Positions 36,742-48,212 of a stretch of 64,000 nucleotides of DNA are shown here, one piece after another. This DNA is from Fistulifera solaris. Its lineage: Eukaryota. The first letter of the stretch is position 1; each line of letters starts with the position of its first letter. Location of the stretch: NCBI GenBank assembly GCA_030295235.1, contig AP026126.1, positions 1,736,001-1,800,000 on the forward strand, given 5' to 3'. The position numbers and the translations under genes are program-made. Below the pieces are notes generated by a model. The model saw only the letters and a list, made by a program, of their open reading frames with translations. It was not told the origin of the DNA and made no database searches.

Positions 36742-38569
36742 ATGCTGTCCTTCGAAATGAATGTGGAAGTGTTTGATGATGTGTTGATTAGTGATTTGAA
36801 AGAATCCAAAGTTCTGATCGGAGCCATCGATCAAGGAACGAGCAGCACTCGACTTCTGGTGTTCTCCAAAGGCGGAAGAATTGCGGCGTCGGCTCAAATG
36901 GAGCACACACAGATTTTTCATGCCGGGTCATGCCGGCTGGCATGAGCATGATCCATTGGAAATATGGAACAACACGAAAGCTTGTATTGCAGCCGTGTTC
37001 AAGATCCTTCAAGAGAAAGGCTTCAGCGTGAGCAGCACCAGCGACGGTGACGCTAAAGCACTTTCTCTCGCAGCCATCGGAATTACGAATCAACGCGAAA
37101 CAACTATTGCATGGAATAAAGTTACTGGTAAACCGTACCACAATGCGATTGTTTGGGATGATACTCGCACAACATCGATAGCTTTTCATCTGGCGGCAGG
37201 AAACATCAACAAACTTCGCTCCAGAACTGGATTGCCTCTTGCCAGCTACTTCGCTGGGACAAAAGTTAAGTGGTTGCTAGATAATATAGAGGAGCTTCAG
37301 AGAGATCTGGCAAATCCAGTCACACGTGATCAGGTAGCCTTTGGAACTGTCGATTCTTGGCTCGTCTTTCAACTAACAGGAGCAGAAGCTTTATCCCCCA
37401 ATGCTGGAAACGTGGGTGGCATTTTCGTGACGGATGTAACCAACGCCAGTCGATGGCTTTTCATGGATCTAAAGTCACAAAAGTGGGACAAGGACCTGGT
37501 GGATATGGTTTGCGCATCGCACGATCTACCCATCGAGACAGCCTTACCGACGATATGCCCCAGCAGCCATGTGTTCGGAATGTGCGATGGTCAATGCGGT
37601 GTGGAAGCGTTGTATCAGGTCCCCATTGCTGCTATCTTGGGAGATCAGCAGGCTGCTCTATTCGGTCAGACGGCTTTCCTACCCGGCGAAGCTAAGAATA
37701 CGTACGGAACAGGTCTTTTCCTCATGATGAATACCGGAACGGAGGCAGTAGATAGCACGCACGGACTTCTCACTACGATCGCGTACCAGATAGGAACCAC
37801 AGGTTCAGTCAATTACGCTTTGGAAGGAAGCGTTTCGCATTCAGGAAGCACGATTCAGTGGCTTCGCGACCAGTTAGGTATCATAGCGAACGCATCTGAA
37901 TCGGAAACCGTTGCTAAAACGACCCCTGACAATGAAGGCTTATACATGGTACCAGCATTCTCAGGACTTTTTGCACCTTACTGGCGATCAGACGCTCGTG
38001 CCTGCATTGTTGGAATGACGGCCTCTCACCATAAAGGGCATTTTTGCCGTGCCGCTATTGAAGCTACCGCATACCAAACAAAAGATATTTTTGATGCTAT
38101 CACTGCCGACTCACGCGTGAGCCTCAAGACCTTGAAGGTTGACGGAGGAGGTACACATAATGACTTGCTTATGCAGTTTCAAGCTGATATAATTGGCGTT
38201 CCAGTCATCAAACCGGTGGTGATGGAGACCACATCCATTGGTGCTGCGTTCGCTGCTGGGCTAGCTGTTGGCGTTTGGGAAGGGTTGGACGAACTCCGCA
38301 AGCTATGGTCAGCGTCAAAGTTCTGCGAGCCTAAGTTGGACCCAATTACGAGAGAAAAGTATTGCACAGAATGGCAAAAGGCTGTAACAAAGAGTTTGGG
38401 ATGGATCGATGTAGGTGACGAGGATCAAGATGATGAGACGTTTTTGGATGCTCGATCTGGTGAAGAGACGCCGCTTAGGCCTCATAATAGCTTCCAAACT
38501 GTAGTGCTTCTCGGTGCAGCTTTAATGGCTGGATTTTTGTTGGGTAGAAAAACTAGCCGCTTAAACTAA
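36742..38569 (+). CDS. GK: Glycerol kinase (FGGY) with C-terminal hydrophobic tail (frameshift near 36915)
   Basis: [52 protein letters not shown] and [12 protein letters not shown]. One extra T in the T5 run. Confidence 0.95.
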
Positions 38570-38706
38570 TCAAGAAATCTAGACTGTTTTTACAATAGAA
38601 ACGAATTGCACACTAATATGACACATGAAAAGCCAGAAAAAGATGAAAATCTAATTTCTTATCAAAAATCTTCAAAAATATTTGCTTACATTGTCGACAT
38701 TCCGTT

Positions 38707-38823
38707 AGGAACGACCATACTACGATGACAGCACCGCTTCCCGTCTGCTCAGCGAAGTTAAGCATCGTCAGGCCCGGTTAGTACTACGGTGGGGGACCAC
38801 GTTGGAATCCCGGTGTTGTTCTT
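38707..38823 (+). rRNA. 5S rRNA (single dispersed copy)
   Basis: GAACGACCATAC...AGTTAAGC (box A)...GGTTAGTACTACGGTGGGGGACCAC (box C)...GTTGTTCT. The 5' and 3' ends pair to form helix I. Confidence 0.95.
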
Positions 38824-39070
38824 TGCCGATTGACCGCCGACCTCCAACAATCGTCACATCACCCATCAATCATCACATCGTACATCGTCATCAATAAAAA
38901 TAAATAATTTATTCGAAAAACAGCACGCTGTCATTCCTCTAGGCATAAAGAGTTTCAGGAAAAATTTTTGTGGCAGCCGTAATAAGCCTTAAATCGACAA
39001 GACTCGAGGCAAAAGAAAAGAGGTGATAGCGCCTATTTGCCCGATTTTCCTGCGTGTCAACATCGTCAAA

Positions 39071-39737
39071 ATGTTCTTGGCGCAACGATATTGTATATTA
39101 GCAATACTCTTGTGCTTTCCTTGTCTAATTGAATCCTTCGCTGCGAAGAAAAAAGGAGGAAATGTGGCCAAAAGCAGCAAGGGATTCGGAGTGCCACCCG
39201 AGTCACTTGAAAATGTGCTTTCCAAATTTCCAACACGCCTGCCAATTAATGCCGACGACCTCCCCCTGCCCGTGTGGATTGTCACAAACGTATGGCAATT
39301 GCTGTGCACCCTTTCACCGATACGAAAAACAATGCCTGGCGACATCCGATGTGCTTCGGTCTCGGTACTCGGCCTTTAAATATCGACTAATCCAATACGT
39401 GATGGATACTACGCACGAAACTTGCCGAGACTATCGCGAGAATCGCATAGCTTGGGCGAAGGACTTGCACAAAGCGGGAATGTTCGACTCCTACGAATTC
39501 GTTGGTTTAGAAGCCGGACCAGAAGTTCCAGGAAAGAACGAAAATGAGGGCTTTATCACATTTCAAGTAAGATTGCGGGCGAAGGGAGTCGGATTAGAGC
39601 AATCAAAGGGTTCTGAAACAATTGTGAAGGAAAAGTCCAGATTTTTGCGTGATTCCAAAACAGGAGTGTGGAGCTACGCAAGTGGCGAAGTTCGAGCAGA
39701 CGTTGCTGGTTTAGAAGATACTATTTTAAACCCGTAA
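39071..39737 (+). CDS. SEC-C motif / YchJ (UPF0225)-like protein, probably plastid-targeted (frameshift near 39264)
   Basis: PCPCG...YGNCCAPFH, LRSRYSAF and EKSRFLR...WSYASG. Signal peptide ending IES-F. Extra C in the C5 run. Confidence 0.85.
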
Positions 39738-40109
39738 AGTCCAGTTACGTCTCAACACGTACACAACTCAAATTCCTTCTAGCTAGGTACTGAAGGCGAT
39801 TTGTTTTAAAAGGTGATGCTCATCTACACTAGCTAGGAATGGGATTTTTAGTTATTGCCAGAGACCGAATGTGTTGTCATGATGATTCTTCATTGTCGGG
39901 GGCGTTCCCGTTTCAAGTGATGAGTCACGACCTGTTCGAACGGAAAATTCTTCTGAAAAATCTTCTCTTCGCAATCACAAATCACAACCCATCACATCGA
40001 CAGAATAGACATTGGCTCAGCATTGTTTCTTCTTTAGCGAAAATTGTTGTAGTCGAATTGCTCTTCATAATATCAGCGGTCCCCGCGTTATTAAATTTTT
40101 ACTACAATC

Positions 40110-41216
40110 ATGATAACAGGCTTCGCTCTACTGAACAGCCTTGTACTGCTCACCTTGACCCATTCCTTTGTTGTGGACAGGCCGACTATCCGATCAATGA
40201 TTACTGCGCAACTCGCTTCAGTTCTTTCCGATGCAAGCCTCCAAAGCGACTATTTTCTCGACGGCAGTGCTATTAGTACATCAGGGAAAGCAGCAATTCA
40301 TTCCGGATTTCGCAAGTGCCCCGTGACCGGAGAGCGGTGTGGGCTGCCGCTGGTCATCAAGTCTTCTACAAACATACAAGCTATACTCAGAGAACTCGAG
40401 AATTACAGAAAGGTATCCAACAATAACGTCTTTGCACAAATATGGGATAGTCTGATTCCGAAAGACTCGCAGGTGTATTTTGCAACAACAGCCGCCATCA
40501 TCATGGAAAAAGGCGATTGCGATTTACTCGATTATTTGAGAGACAACGGACCGATGGAGGGGGAAACACTACGAGAGGCAGCGACGCAGGTAGCAAAATG
40601 TGTCAAGGCGGTACACGATAGTCAGATGGTGTGGACCGAGGTCAAATCGGAAAATTTTGTTATTTGCAACGGCGTCATCAAAGGTATTGACTTGGAATCT
40701 GCTGTTCCGTTGGGGAGCAGTGTGATTGACTTTACACCCAAAACCAGTCCGCCGGAATTTGCTCTGGGTTTCCTCAAAGGTAGACCCAAGCAAAATGAAA
40801 TGGCGTTTGATTATGACGTGTGGTCGCTTGGGACAGTATATTACGAAATGGCGACGGGTGAGCTTTTTCATGACAAGAAACACATATTGGAAGTGGCTGA
40901 AATTATCATGCATTTGACACAGTCGGATTTAGACGCATTTTTGCTCCACAAAGTTGCAGATCCCATACTCCGAGATTTGATTGGAGCGTGCCTTAGCTTG
41001 GATCGGTCTAGACGGCCGACAATCCATGAAGTCCTCCAACATCCGTTCCTTGACGCTTCCTTTTCTCAGTGCACTACCACCATACAATCAGGCTCGCACC
41101 TAAATGTCCTTACAACGCAATATATGGACGATTTAAAAGGCGCCGCAAGTGACCCCTTTCATTCCCCTTCGAAGCAATCTAGAAAGTCTTACAGTCCATC
41201 CTTTTGCAGCCCCTAG
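40110..41216 (+). CDS. Atypical Ser/Thr protein kinase-like protein with signal peptide
   Basis: VIK, IIMEKG, WTEVKSEN (catalytic loop), GIDLES, FTP...PPE, DVWSLG and RPTIHEVLQHPF. Confidence 0.85.
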   Translation: MITGFALLNSLVLLTLTHSFVVDRPTIRSMITAQLASVLSDASLQSDYFLDGSAISTSGKAAIHSGFRKCPVTGERCGLPLVIKSSTNIQAILRELENYRKVSNNNVFAQIWDSLIPKDSQVYFATTAAIIMEKGDCDLLDYLRDNGPMEGETLREAATQVAKCVKAVHDSQMVWTEVKSENFVICNGVIKGIDLESAVPLGSSVIDFTPKTSPPEFALGFLKGRPKQNEMAFDYDVWSLGTVYYEMATGELFHDKKHILEVAEIIMHLTQSDLDAFLLHKVADPILRDLIGACLSLDRSRRPTIHEVLQHPFLDASFSQCTTTIQSGSHLNVLTTQYMDDLKGAASDPFHSPSKQSRKSYSPSFCSP

Positions 41217-41675
41217 ATGTCAGTTCACTCCTTGAGTGCACTTTCTGGTGCAAGCAATCTTATTTGTAGATCACAATGTCCCATAGAGACAAAATGCAAC
41301 ATTTGACACTCTGCACACATCCACCTAACTTACTAAGTTACTTACTTGTTTTTGAAGCAAAGTTGATTACTAGCTCATTACATCACCGTTCGAGACGATG
41401 TGTAGCTACAAGGATGTTTGACGAGTGACTACCTGGTATGAAGGTCTTGAGAATTCAAACGAACACGGAGCTTTTAACCAGAGGTTGCGACTTGCGACTA
41501 AAAACACAATACCTTGACTTTTCGTTGACGTCATGTACACTATGAGATAGAGTCGATTACAGCATTTTCTCGTCCAGTAAATTTTCCACCAAGCAACTAT
41601 GGCAGCAGTCAGAAGATTATCTCTCTTCTTCTTCATCAAGGCATCTGCAACTTGTTGCATTCTAACATATTTGAA

Positions 41676-42848
41676 ATGGTCAAGGCCCCATCATCTCACG
41701 GACTGGATCGAAAGTTCAAGCCGTGGCGGAGAGGTAAATCGCAGAATTCCAACAAACGGTCGTCGCTCAAACAGCAACTACGAGGACACGAAAGACTCTT
41801 GAAGAAGTCCACCGATGATACGCAGAAACAGACCTTGCTGCAGAAAATAGAAGAATTGAAGCAAGAAATAGCGAACAAAGAAGTGGCAGAAAAAGAACGC
41901 AAAAATGCGAAGCAATCGCACGGAAGTCGTTTTTTGGAGCGACAGAAACTTGTTCGCATGCAACACAACGCACAGAAGGAACAAAATTCAGAACAATTGG
42001 ATCGAGTCGCATTAGATCAAATTTACGTCGGGCATTTTCCCTTGGATAAAAAGTATTTGAGTTTGTTTCGAAATGGTCAGCGCCGAAAGGACCCGCTGAA
42101 AGTGCTATCGCAACGGTCGCGAATACGACATCGAATATTGTTTCAACAGCTGGCTTTGGCCGAGCACAAAGATTGGATATCCAAGGATCAATATTCACGC
42201 GTCGAAAATATCAAGAAGAAGCTTTCCGCGTGGACTGTTCAGGAGGAGCGAACGTATTTCGGCCAGGAAGATGACGTAGCATCGAACAGTGTAGCCCCCA
42301 AAGATGATTCCAGATTCACTGTGGCTCCACAGCACGAGGCCGTTCTAGCAGCAGCTGAACGAGTTGAAAAAGAACTGGAAAATGAAGATGATCTCGATCC
42401 TGTCGAGGAAGACGAGAGCACCTCAGATAGTGAGTCTGAAATCGATCAACTTCAATCAAGCGTGAAGCCACAAAAGGACAGTCTGCCAACCTCTCACAAT
42501 GATCTGAATGAAAAGGATTCTACGGATGATAGCTCGTTTGATTCTTCGACAGGCAGTAGTTCGTCAGATGAAAGAGATGTTGTAAAGGAAGATACATCAG
42601 GTATGGGCACGAATGACAACGTTTCCCTTGTCGCAGACGAGGATGACGACTTCTTTGTCGATGTAGACGACAAGAAAGTTCCTGATGAAAACCCTTTCTC
42701 CAAGCCACGGCAAAAAGTTGAACCCTTCATCGCGCCAAAAGGTGACAAGTCAAAGGGTTGGTCTACACAAAAGCAACGACGCGGACACTGGCAAGGTAAA
42801 AAAGATCGTTCCGCAAACCTCAAAAAGAGGCGTGGAAATCATTATTAG
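41676..42848 (+). CDS. EFG1: rRNA-processing protein EFG1-like
   Basis: SLKQQLRGHERLL, RFLERQKLVR and DQIYVGHFP..KYLSLF, with an acidic and basic low-complexity tail. Confidence 0.8.
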   Translation: MVKAPSSHGLDRKFKPWRRGKSQNSNKRSSLKQQLRGHERLLKKSTDDTQKQTLLQKIEELKQEIANKEVAEKERKNAKQSHGSRFLERQKLVRMQHNAQKEQNSEQLDRVALDQIYVGHFPLDKKYLSLFRNGQRRKDPLKVLSQRSRIRHRILFQQLALAEHKDWISKDQYSRVENIKKKLSAWTVQEERTYFGQEDDVASNSVAPKDDSRFTVAPQHEAVLAAAERVEKELENEDDLDPVEEDESTSDSESEIDQLQSSVKPQKDSLPTSHNDLNEKDSTDDSSFDSSTGSSSSDERDVVKEDTSGMGTNDNVSLVADEDDDFFVDVDDKKVPDENPFSKPRQKVEPFIAPKGDKSKGWSTQKQRRGHWQGKKDRSANLKKRRGNHY

Positions 42849-42932
42849 GAATCTAGAGCAATAGTTTCAGCAAGATTCGATTAGTGCTGCTCTTCATTTG
42901 AATATTCTTATTTTTGCTAGCTCTTTTGAATT

Positions 42933-44563
42933 CTACATATGTGTCAAACCTATTCGCTCTTCCGAAACCTGAATTGCATCAGCATTTGGTAGAACCAGCT
43001 CTTCGTCGTCGAATACTTCGAGTTCATAAAAGGAGTTTCCAAGCTGATATTGTATCCAAAGCTTTGGCACCTTAGAAAGGGATGTCACAGTTCCTCCAGT
43101 ATTCGGCTCGTATCGCCAAAGCTCCCTGAGAAACGAAACGAGTGAATTCGCACTCTCTTTCTTTGATCCGTCTGATTGCAATTCGTCTACGTTTCCATCA
43201 GCTTTGCTTTCAACATCATAAAAACCCAGCATATTCCTTTTTGAATAAGAAGGTAAAACCAATCGAGTGTCTGTAACCCAGAATTGCAGTGGAATTGTTA
43301 CATCCCAAACCGAGTCTTCTCTCCCTTCTACATAGTAAAGCGCCTTCTTAATCACCAGCCCGCTTGAGCTTCTTTCGCTTTCCATACGAAGTTGCGCCTG
43401 TCGCCCCATGAATTCTTGCTGCATCTTTGCTTCTTGCTTCGACTTCTCCTTATTCAATTGCCGTTCCTTATCAATGGCCTCGTCTTTGTGTCCTTGTTTG
43501 ACAGAACCGATGACATCCGCAACGATATCTTGTATGATCCTGGAAAGCATTGAAAAGTATAGAGCTTGTAACGGATACATAGACCACGAAATTTTTGGAC
43601 CAGTTTGCAGTGAAGGTAGTTCGATGGGAACACGGAGAGTGAAATCGCCCTGAATCCAAGTAAACAACCACACCAGGCCGTTTGTCAGTGGATTTCCATG
43701 ACAAAGCCCCACGCTCAGTTGAATCGGTGAATTCTTCGATCCAGTCTGAAGAAGACTCCCGCCGACGTTCCAGTTGGACCAAGATCCTCCCCGCCACGAG
43801 GCAAACAGATTCAGGCCGCGATTTGGAGATGACAACCGTGGGCGAAGCGAAAGTGATAATGTTGGAAAATCCACCTTATCATTGCTCCAACCATAACGGA
43901 TGATCCATTGATGAACCGTTTTTGACTGTAAGCCAATATGCATCTTATATCGTGGACCGTCCTTCTGTATTGGCTCCATTTCACAAGCAGCACGGACTGA
44001 CAATCGTGGATCGATTTCACGGGTCGCCGAAACATTCAGTTTCCACACCTCTCTTTTCACAGGAATGCGTGTTGTAGGAAACCGACGGTGTAGAGTAGCT
44101 GAGAAGTGACTTTTCAAGGTGGACCACGTTCCTCCTATGTGAGCTTGATGGATCCCTTGTCCCGCACTGACACCAGCACCGAGTCGACAGCACGACCCCA
44201 CATGATACGAAAGATTACCGCTCGCCGTAGAATATCCCGTTCGCCCCCCTCATAAGGGAGAGTGTCTCCAATCCTCCATAGCAATTTGCAGCAATTGGAA
44301 ACCTCGAACGAATCAACATGGATGTACCTCTTTTCATAGATATTCCATCACCGGACCAGACGAGAGGAACTTCCATGACTGCCTTTTGACCTGTGCAGTC
44401 GACTTCTCGGGCTGGATCGGATCGAGAGTGATTGCAAAATTTACCCGCTGTGCTTTTTTCGGGCCTTTGGAACGGAAAGTCGACGATCGTCTGCATTATC
44501 GAAAACGACTTCCAGATCCTCGGACCATGACGGATCAACTTGATGCAACGACTCCTCTTCCAT
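42933..44563 (-). CDS. DNAJC11-like C-terminal (DUF3395) domain protein; 5' end uncertain
   Basis: GLVIKKALY, DVTIPLQFWV, SKRNMLGFYD and KLWIQY. The upstream part (possible ATG 44563) is interrupted by frame breaks. Confidence 0.7.
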
Positions 44564-44743
44564 CTCTTTTGATACTGCAGATCACTTCACAAAGGCGAAA
44601 CAGCATCCCAAAATGCGATGAAATATTGCTTTTTTTGTTTTTATTGGAAGAAAACGCAATGTTCGATGCTGAACCTTTTTGTCGATGATTGGTGTGTGGA
44701 TGTGAAATGAAGCAATAATAAAATCCCCCAGAATTTACTATCT

Positions 44744-44789
44744 TGTAAAGTGTAAGAGACACTTCGTCAAGACTGGATTTCAGTCATGA
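44744..44789 (+). repeat. Dispersed intergenic element, long form (GTAAAGTGTAAG..GAC..CAAGACTGGATTTCAGTCATGA)
   Basis: Aligns by eye with the copies at about 55513-55559 (+) and 36334-36377 (-). Confidence 0.7.
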
Positions 44790-45230
44790 ACAGCAAAATC
44801 TTGCAACTCACGTTTGACATCGTCGCATAATCGATGGTCGATGGTCAATAATTTTCCGTAACAAATGTGCATTCTAATCTAGCAGGGCTCATGATAACCT
44901 GAAGCTACTTCTAAATCTGAAAGGCATTGGACGATTTTCCCTTGGTTTGCTTTTTGGAAGCTGCGTTTCACCGAAATAAAGACTATTGTGTAAAGTGTCA
45001 GCGAGAATTAGTCACGGCAGGATTTTCAGTCATGATCATTTCGGCATGAGCTAAGAATACCCGCGGTTCACCTTCAAACCTAATCTATATCGCTGAATTG
45101 CAGTTGATAATCATCATGAAACACATATTATAATTAAATCATTTTCTTTATACGGTGTAGTTGAAGACTTATCATAAAACTGTAGTACGGTCACCGTGGC
45201 CTCCATGCCTTCAAATGACGTACGATGCTA

Positions 45231-46358
45231 TCATTTGTTGGGAAAGTTGTTGTAAAGAACCGTCGAAGCAGAAACCAAGCCGCCCACGCAATGAATGCCT
45301 TCGTGTAATTTCTTGCCTTTCAGTTTTATCCATAAATCAATGCCAGGGTTGTTACTGAAAACCAGAACATCAGCACAACTTTTCACAAGTGCGAGAAAAA
45401 GAATAAATTCCTTCGCTTTTGTTGTTTCCCATGCTTGAGATGCTTGGCCCTTGCTCTCGCCCTCGTCATCTACCTTATTTCGCACCTTTCGTAAATTGTT
45501 GGCTCTATACTCCAAATAGACTTTTAGATTGACATAGAGCCCGGCCAGTGCTCCGAAAAAGTAAGAACGATTCGCAAACTTGCTAAATGCTGTGGAAGTC
45601 TCGTTGCGGCGATTCTGCCTCGCAACTTTGTCCGTTCTCAAATCGTCCAAGAAGCCACAAGACGACAAAAAGGAAACGTTATCACCAGCCCAAAAACCCA
45701 AGAGACCAGCCGTCTTTAGAGCCGTACCCAGCGTTTTCCACAATGGACTTGAGAAAGACTTGTTACCTTCTTCTGACCCAAGCAGCGAGCAAATCGCAAG
45801 TGCGAGCGGCCGAAACACCCTGTCAAATAAAACGCTCTTGCCCTTAGTGCTTCCAGTGGAAGCGATCATTTCTTTCAGAGTCCTTCTTGAATCTGAATCC
45901 TTATTTTCATGGTTGAATTCAACCCGCTCGACAGTTTGTCGAAGCGATACACCAATGGCTCGAGGAACTTGCAGCTCTTGTATTTTACGAAATTCAATGA
46001 TGGAACGCCCAAGACGAAATGCTTTTCGACAGGTTGTGAGAGTTTCCTTCAGCGCTTTGAACCGTTCCGCGGACGGATTACCAGCCAGCCACCAACTCAA
46101 AAGTCGGGCAAGATATTGAAAAACTTTCGTAACCTTGTCACGGCCATCGAGGGTCAGGGCCAGCGCTATCCATGAATCGACGTCCGCAGCGGACCGCTTG
46201 ACTGCAAGACCTTCTTTCAAGCAACAAACTGGAAAGGTCGTGCAGACTTTTTGATTGTCTGAAATAGCGTCGACGAAAACCTCGGGTTCTTGGGTCTGGT
46301 TACTGTCTTTTGAATGACCATTGGTATTCGATTCTTGCGTGTTCTCCGTGGCCATCAT
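45231..46358 (-). CDS. PEX11: Peroxisomal membrane protein PEX11
   Basis: TLDGRDKVTKVFQY, RKAFRLGR, DNVSFL, LVKSCAD and GLVSA. Confidence 0.9.
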   Translation of the reverse strand: MMATENTQESNTNGHSKDSNQTQEPEVFVDAISDNQKVCTTFPVCCLKEGLAVKRSAADVDSWIALALTLDGRDKVTKVFQYLARLLSWWLAGNPSAERFKALKETLTTCRKAFRLGRSIIEFRKIQELQVPRAIGVSLRQTVERVEFNHENKDSDSRRTLKEMIASTGSTKGKSVLFDRVFRPLALAICSLLGSEEGNKSFSSPLWKTLGTALKTAGLLGFWAGDNVSFLSSCGFLDDLRTDKVARQNRRNETSTAFSKFANRSYFFGALAGLYVNLKVYLEYRANNLRKVRNKVDDEGESKGQASQAWETTKAKEFILFLALVKSCADVLVFSNNPGIDLWIKLKGKKLHEGIHCVGGLVSASTVLYNNFPNK

Positions 46359-47018
46359 CTCTCCTTAGTTGCCAGATGTCGCTTGATCGAAAGATGTTGT
46401 TGCGCTTTCACTACTCGAATCACTCGATCCTTCCGCGTTGTTAATGTTTGGCGCCATTCAATAACTATTCAACGAAGAATCAGCACCGTTACGGTGATTC
46501 ATGTGATGGTTGTAACAACTTACCCTGGAGAACTTATCGAACAAAATCAACGCGCCCACTTGAAGGCAAAGAATATCATTGCGATAGTACTTTCTCACCA
46601 AGTGGTACTTATTCAGTATCCTTGATTTCTGTATTCGTGATGGGCGAAGGATGACGCGCACCGACAGAGACATGGAAATCTAGAGGGAGCCTTTCCCACC
46701 TTGGTGTTAAAAGTTAGAACACCAACGTTGATCTAACTCGTCTAACGCTCTTGTCACCAAAAGCGAACTTGTAGATTGTTCGTTCTTAGAAGGCAAGAAA
46801 ACGCAAGCGTCGTCTTTTACCTTTGATTTGATCGATGAGAATGCACGCACCTCTTTTTCAAATGACCAAATCCAACAAGTAAAATAGTAAATGCCCACCC
46901 GCCCGATATTAACACAGCACAAGAAGAAGTAAAACACTACCATGCAATGTAGTCAAAATAGCATTTAATTTTAATGCAAGAACTCCGCCCGAGAAATTTA
47001 AAAAAACATGTAAATGGA

Positions 47019-48212
47019 TTATATCCCACCACCTAGCCCCGCTAATACTCGATTCGTAAGTAGATGCTGCGCTTCACAGACACTATAATCAGATTCGGTC
47101 GACATGTGATTCACAAATCCGCCATGTTGATAATGAACCAGTCCCGGAGTGGCGGGTGCATACAATCGATGATCCACCACCAAAATTGGTTCTTCCGGAT
47201 ACATCAAGTTGGGTGCGGTGAGGGTCGAAAGACCGATGGCACTTTCCCCGCATCGACCGAGTTGAACGGTATAGCTGCTTTTGGATGCGTCTGACCCCAC
47301 ATTCATCGCATCCATGCAAGGATAATGTGCTGGAACGTAATAGTTCAAAGGTATTTGGTGCTCCATGGCGGATAAATGATTAGGCTGGTTGCCGGCCACC
47401 AACAAAACATCGTTGAACAACTTGGCAGCAGCATTCGGAGGTGATGGTGTTATCCGCGATGGATGTTGACTGGCTTGTGGAGCCGGAGCATAGGTCGGGG
47501 TGTAATCACGGTAATCTAGCGCTTGAAATGATCCAAATGAAGTTCCCGGTGGTGCTGCCTGCATCACTGGCGACGGTTGTGGCACTTGAGAGACCAGGAC
47601 GGCGGGAGTTAGCGCATCGAAGGCCAGGGCGGTCTGAAACGAGACAGTCCCAGCTTGAGCCGCGAGCTCGACTCGATATTTCTCAAACACATCGGGGGTG
47701 ACGTGCAACGAGAAGTTGATACGAAACAGAAAGTCGACTTCCAAGCCGTTCATTTCCGACGTCAGAACACCTCCCACTTTCGCATAATATGCGTTATTGT
47801 AGTAGGCATCATCGAAGAACTTGGCAGCCAGTAAAACGGAAGTAATCACCACACGATGAACATTGAGCTCCGTGAGAAGAAAGTTATTCCGTTGAATCAA
47901 GCGATCGATGTAAATGAGCGCGAGCACAAAACATTCGTTCGAACAGGATGCGTACTTGTGAATGCTAAGAACGATAAAATGAGTTGCAAAATATAGGAAA
48001 ATTGCAGATCCAATCCAACACGATATTAACACGTACCGTTCGAGATACTGTTGTATCCCAATGGCGGGGGCTTTCATGGCGTGAAATTTGGTCACTTGTC
48101 CCGGATCCGCTTGCGCCATAGTCGCGTTCGCACTGACCAGACGATCCAGAACAGCTGAAAGGACTCTTACAATAACGAGACCTTCCGCGGTTTGTTCGGG
48201 AGTCGTCTCCAT
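47019..48212 (-). CDS. P/U-type (PHO80-like) cyclin
   Basis: [55 protein letters not shown] and EMNGLE. 72-nt GT-AG intron at 47965-48036. Confidence 0.93.
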   Translation of the reverse strand: METTPEQTAEGLVIVRVLSAVLDRLVSANATMAQADPGQVTKFHAMKAPAIGIQQYLERYVLISCWIGSAIFLYFATHFIVLSIHKYASCSNECFVLALIYIDRLIQRNNFLLTELNVHRVVITSVLLAAKFFDDAYYNNAYYAKVGGVLTSEMNGLEVDFLFRINFSLHVTPDVFEKYRVELAAQAGTVSFQTALAFDALTPAVLVSQVPQPSPVMQAAPPGTSFGSFQALDYRDYTPTYAPAPQASQHPSRITPSPPNAAAKLFNDVLLVAGNQPNHLSAMEHQIPLNYYVPAHYPCMDAMNVGSDASKSSYTVQLGRCGESAIGLSTLTAPNLMYPEEPILVVDHRLYAPATPGLVHYQHGGFVNHMSTESDYSVCEAQHLLTNRVLAGLGGGI

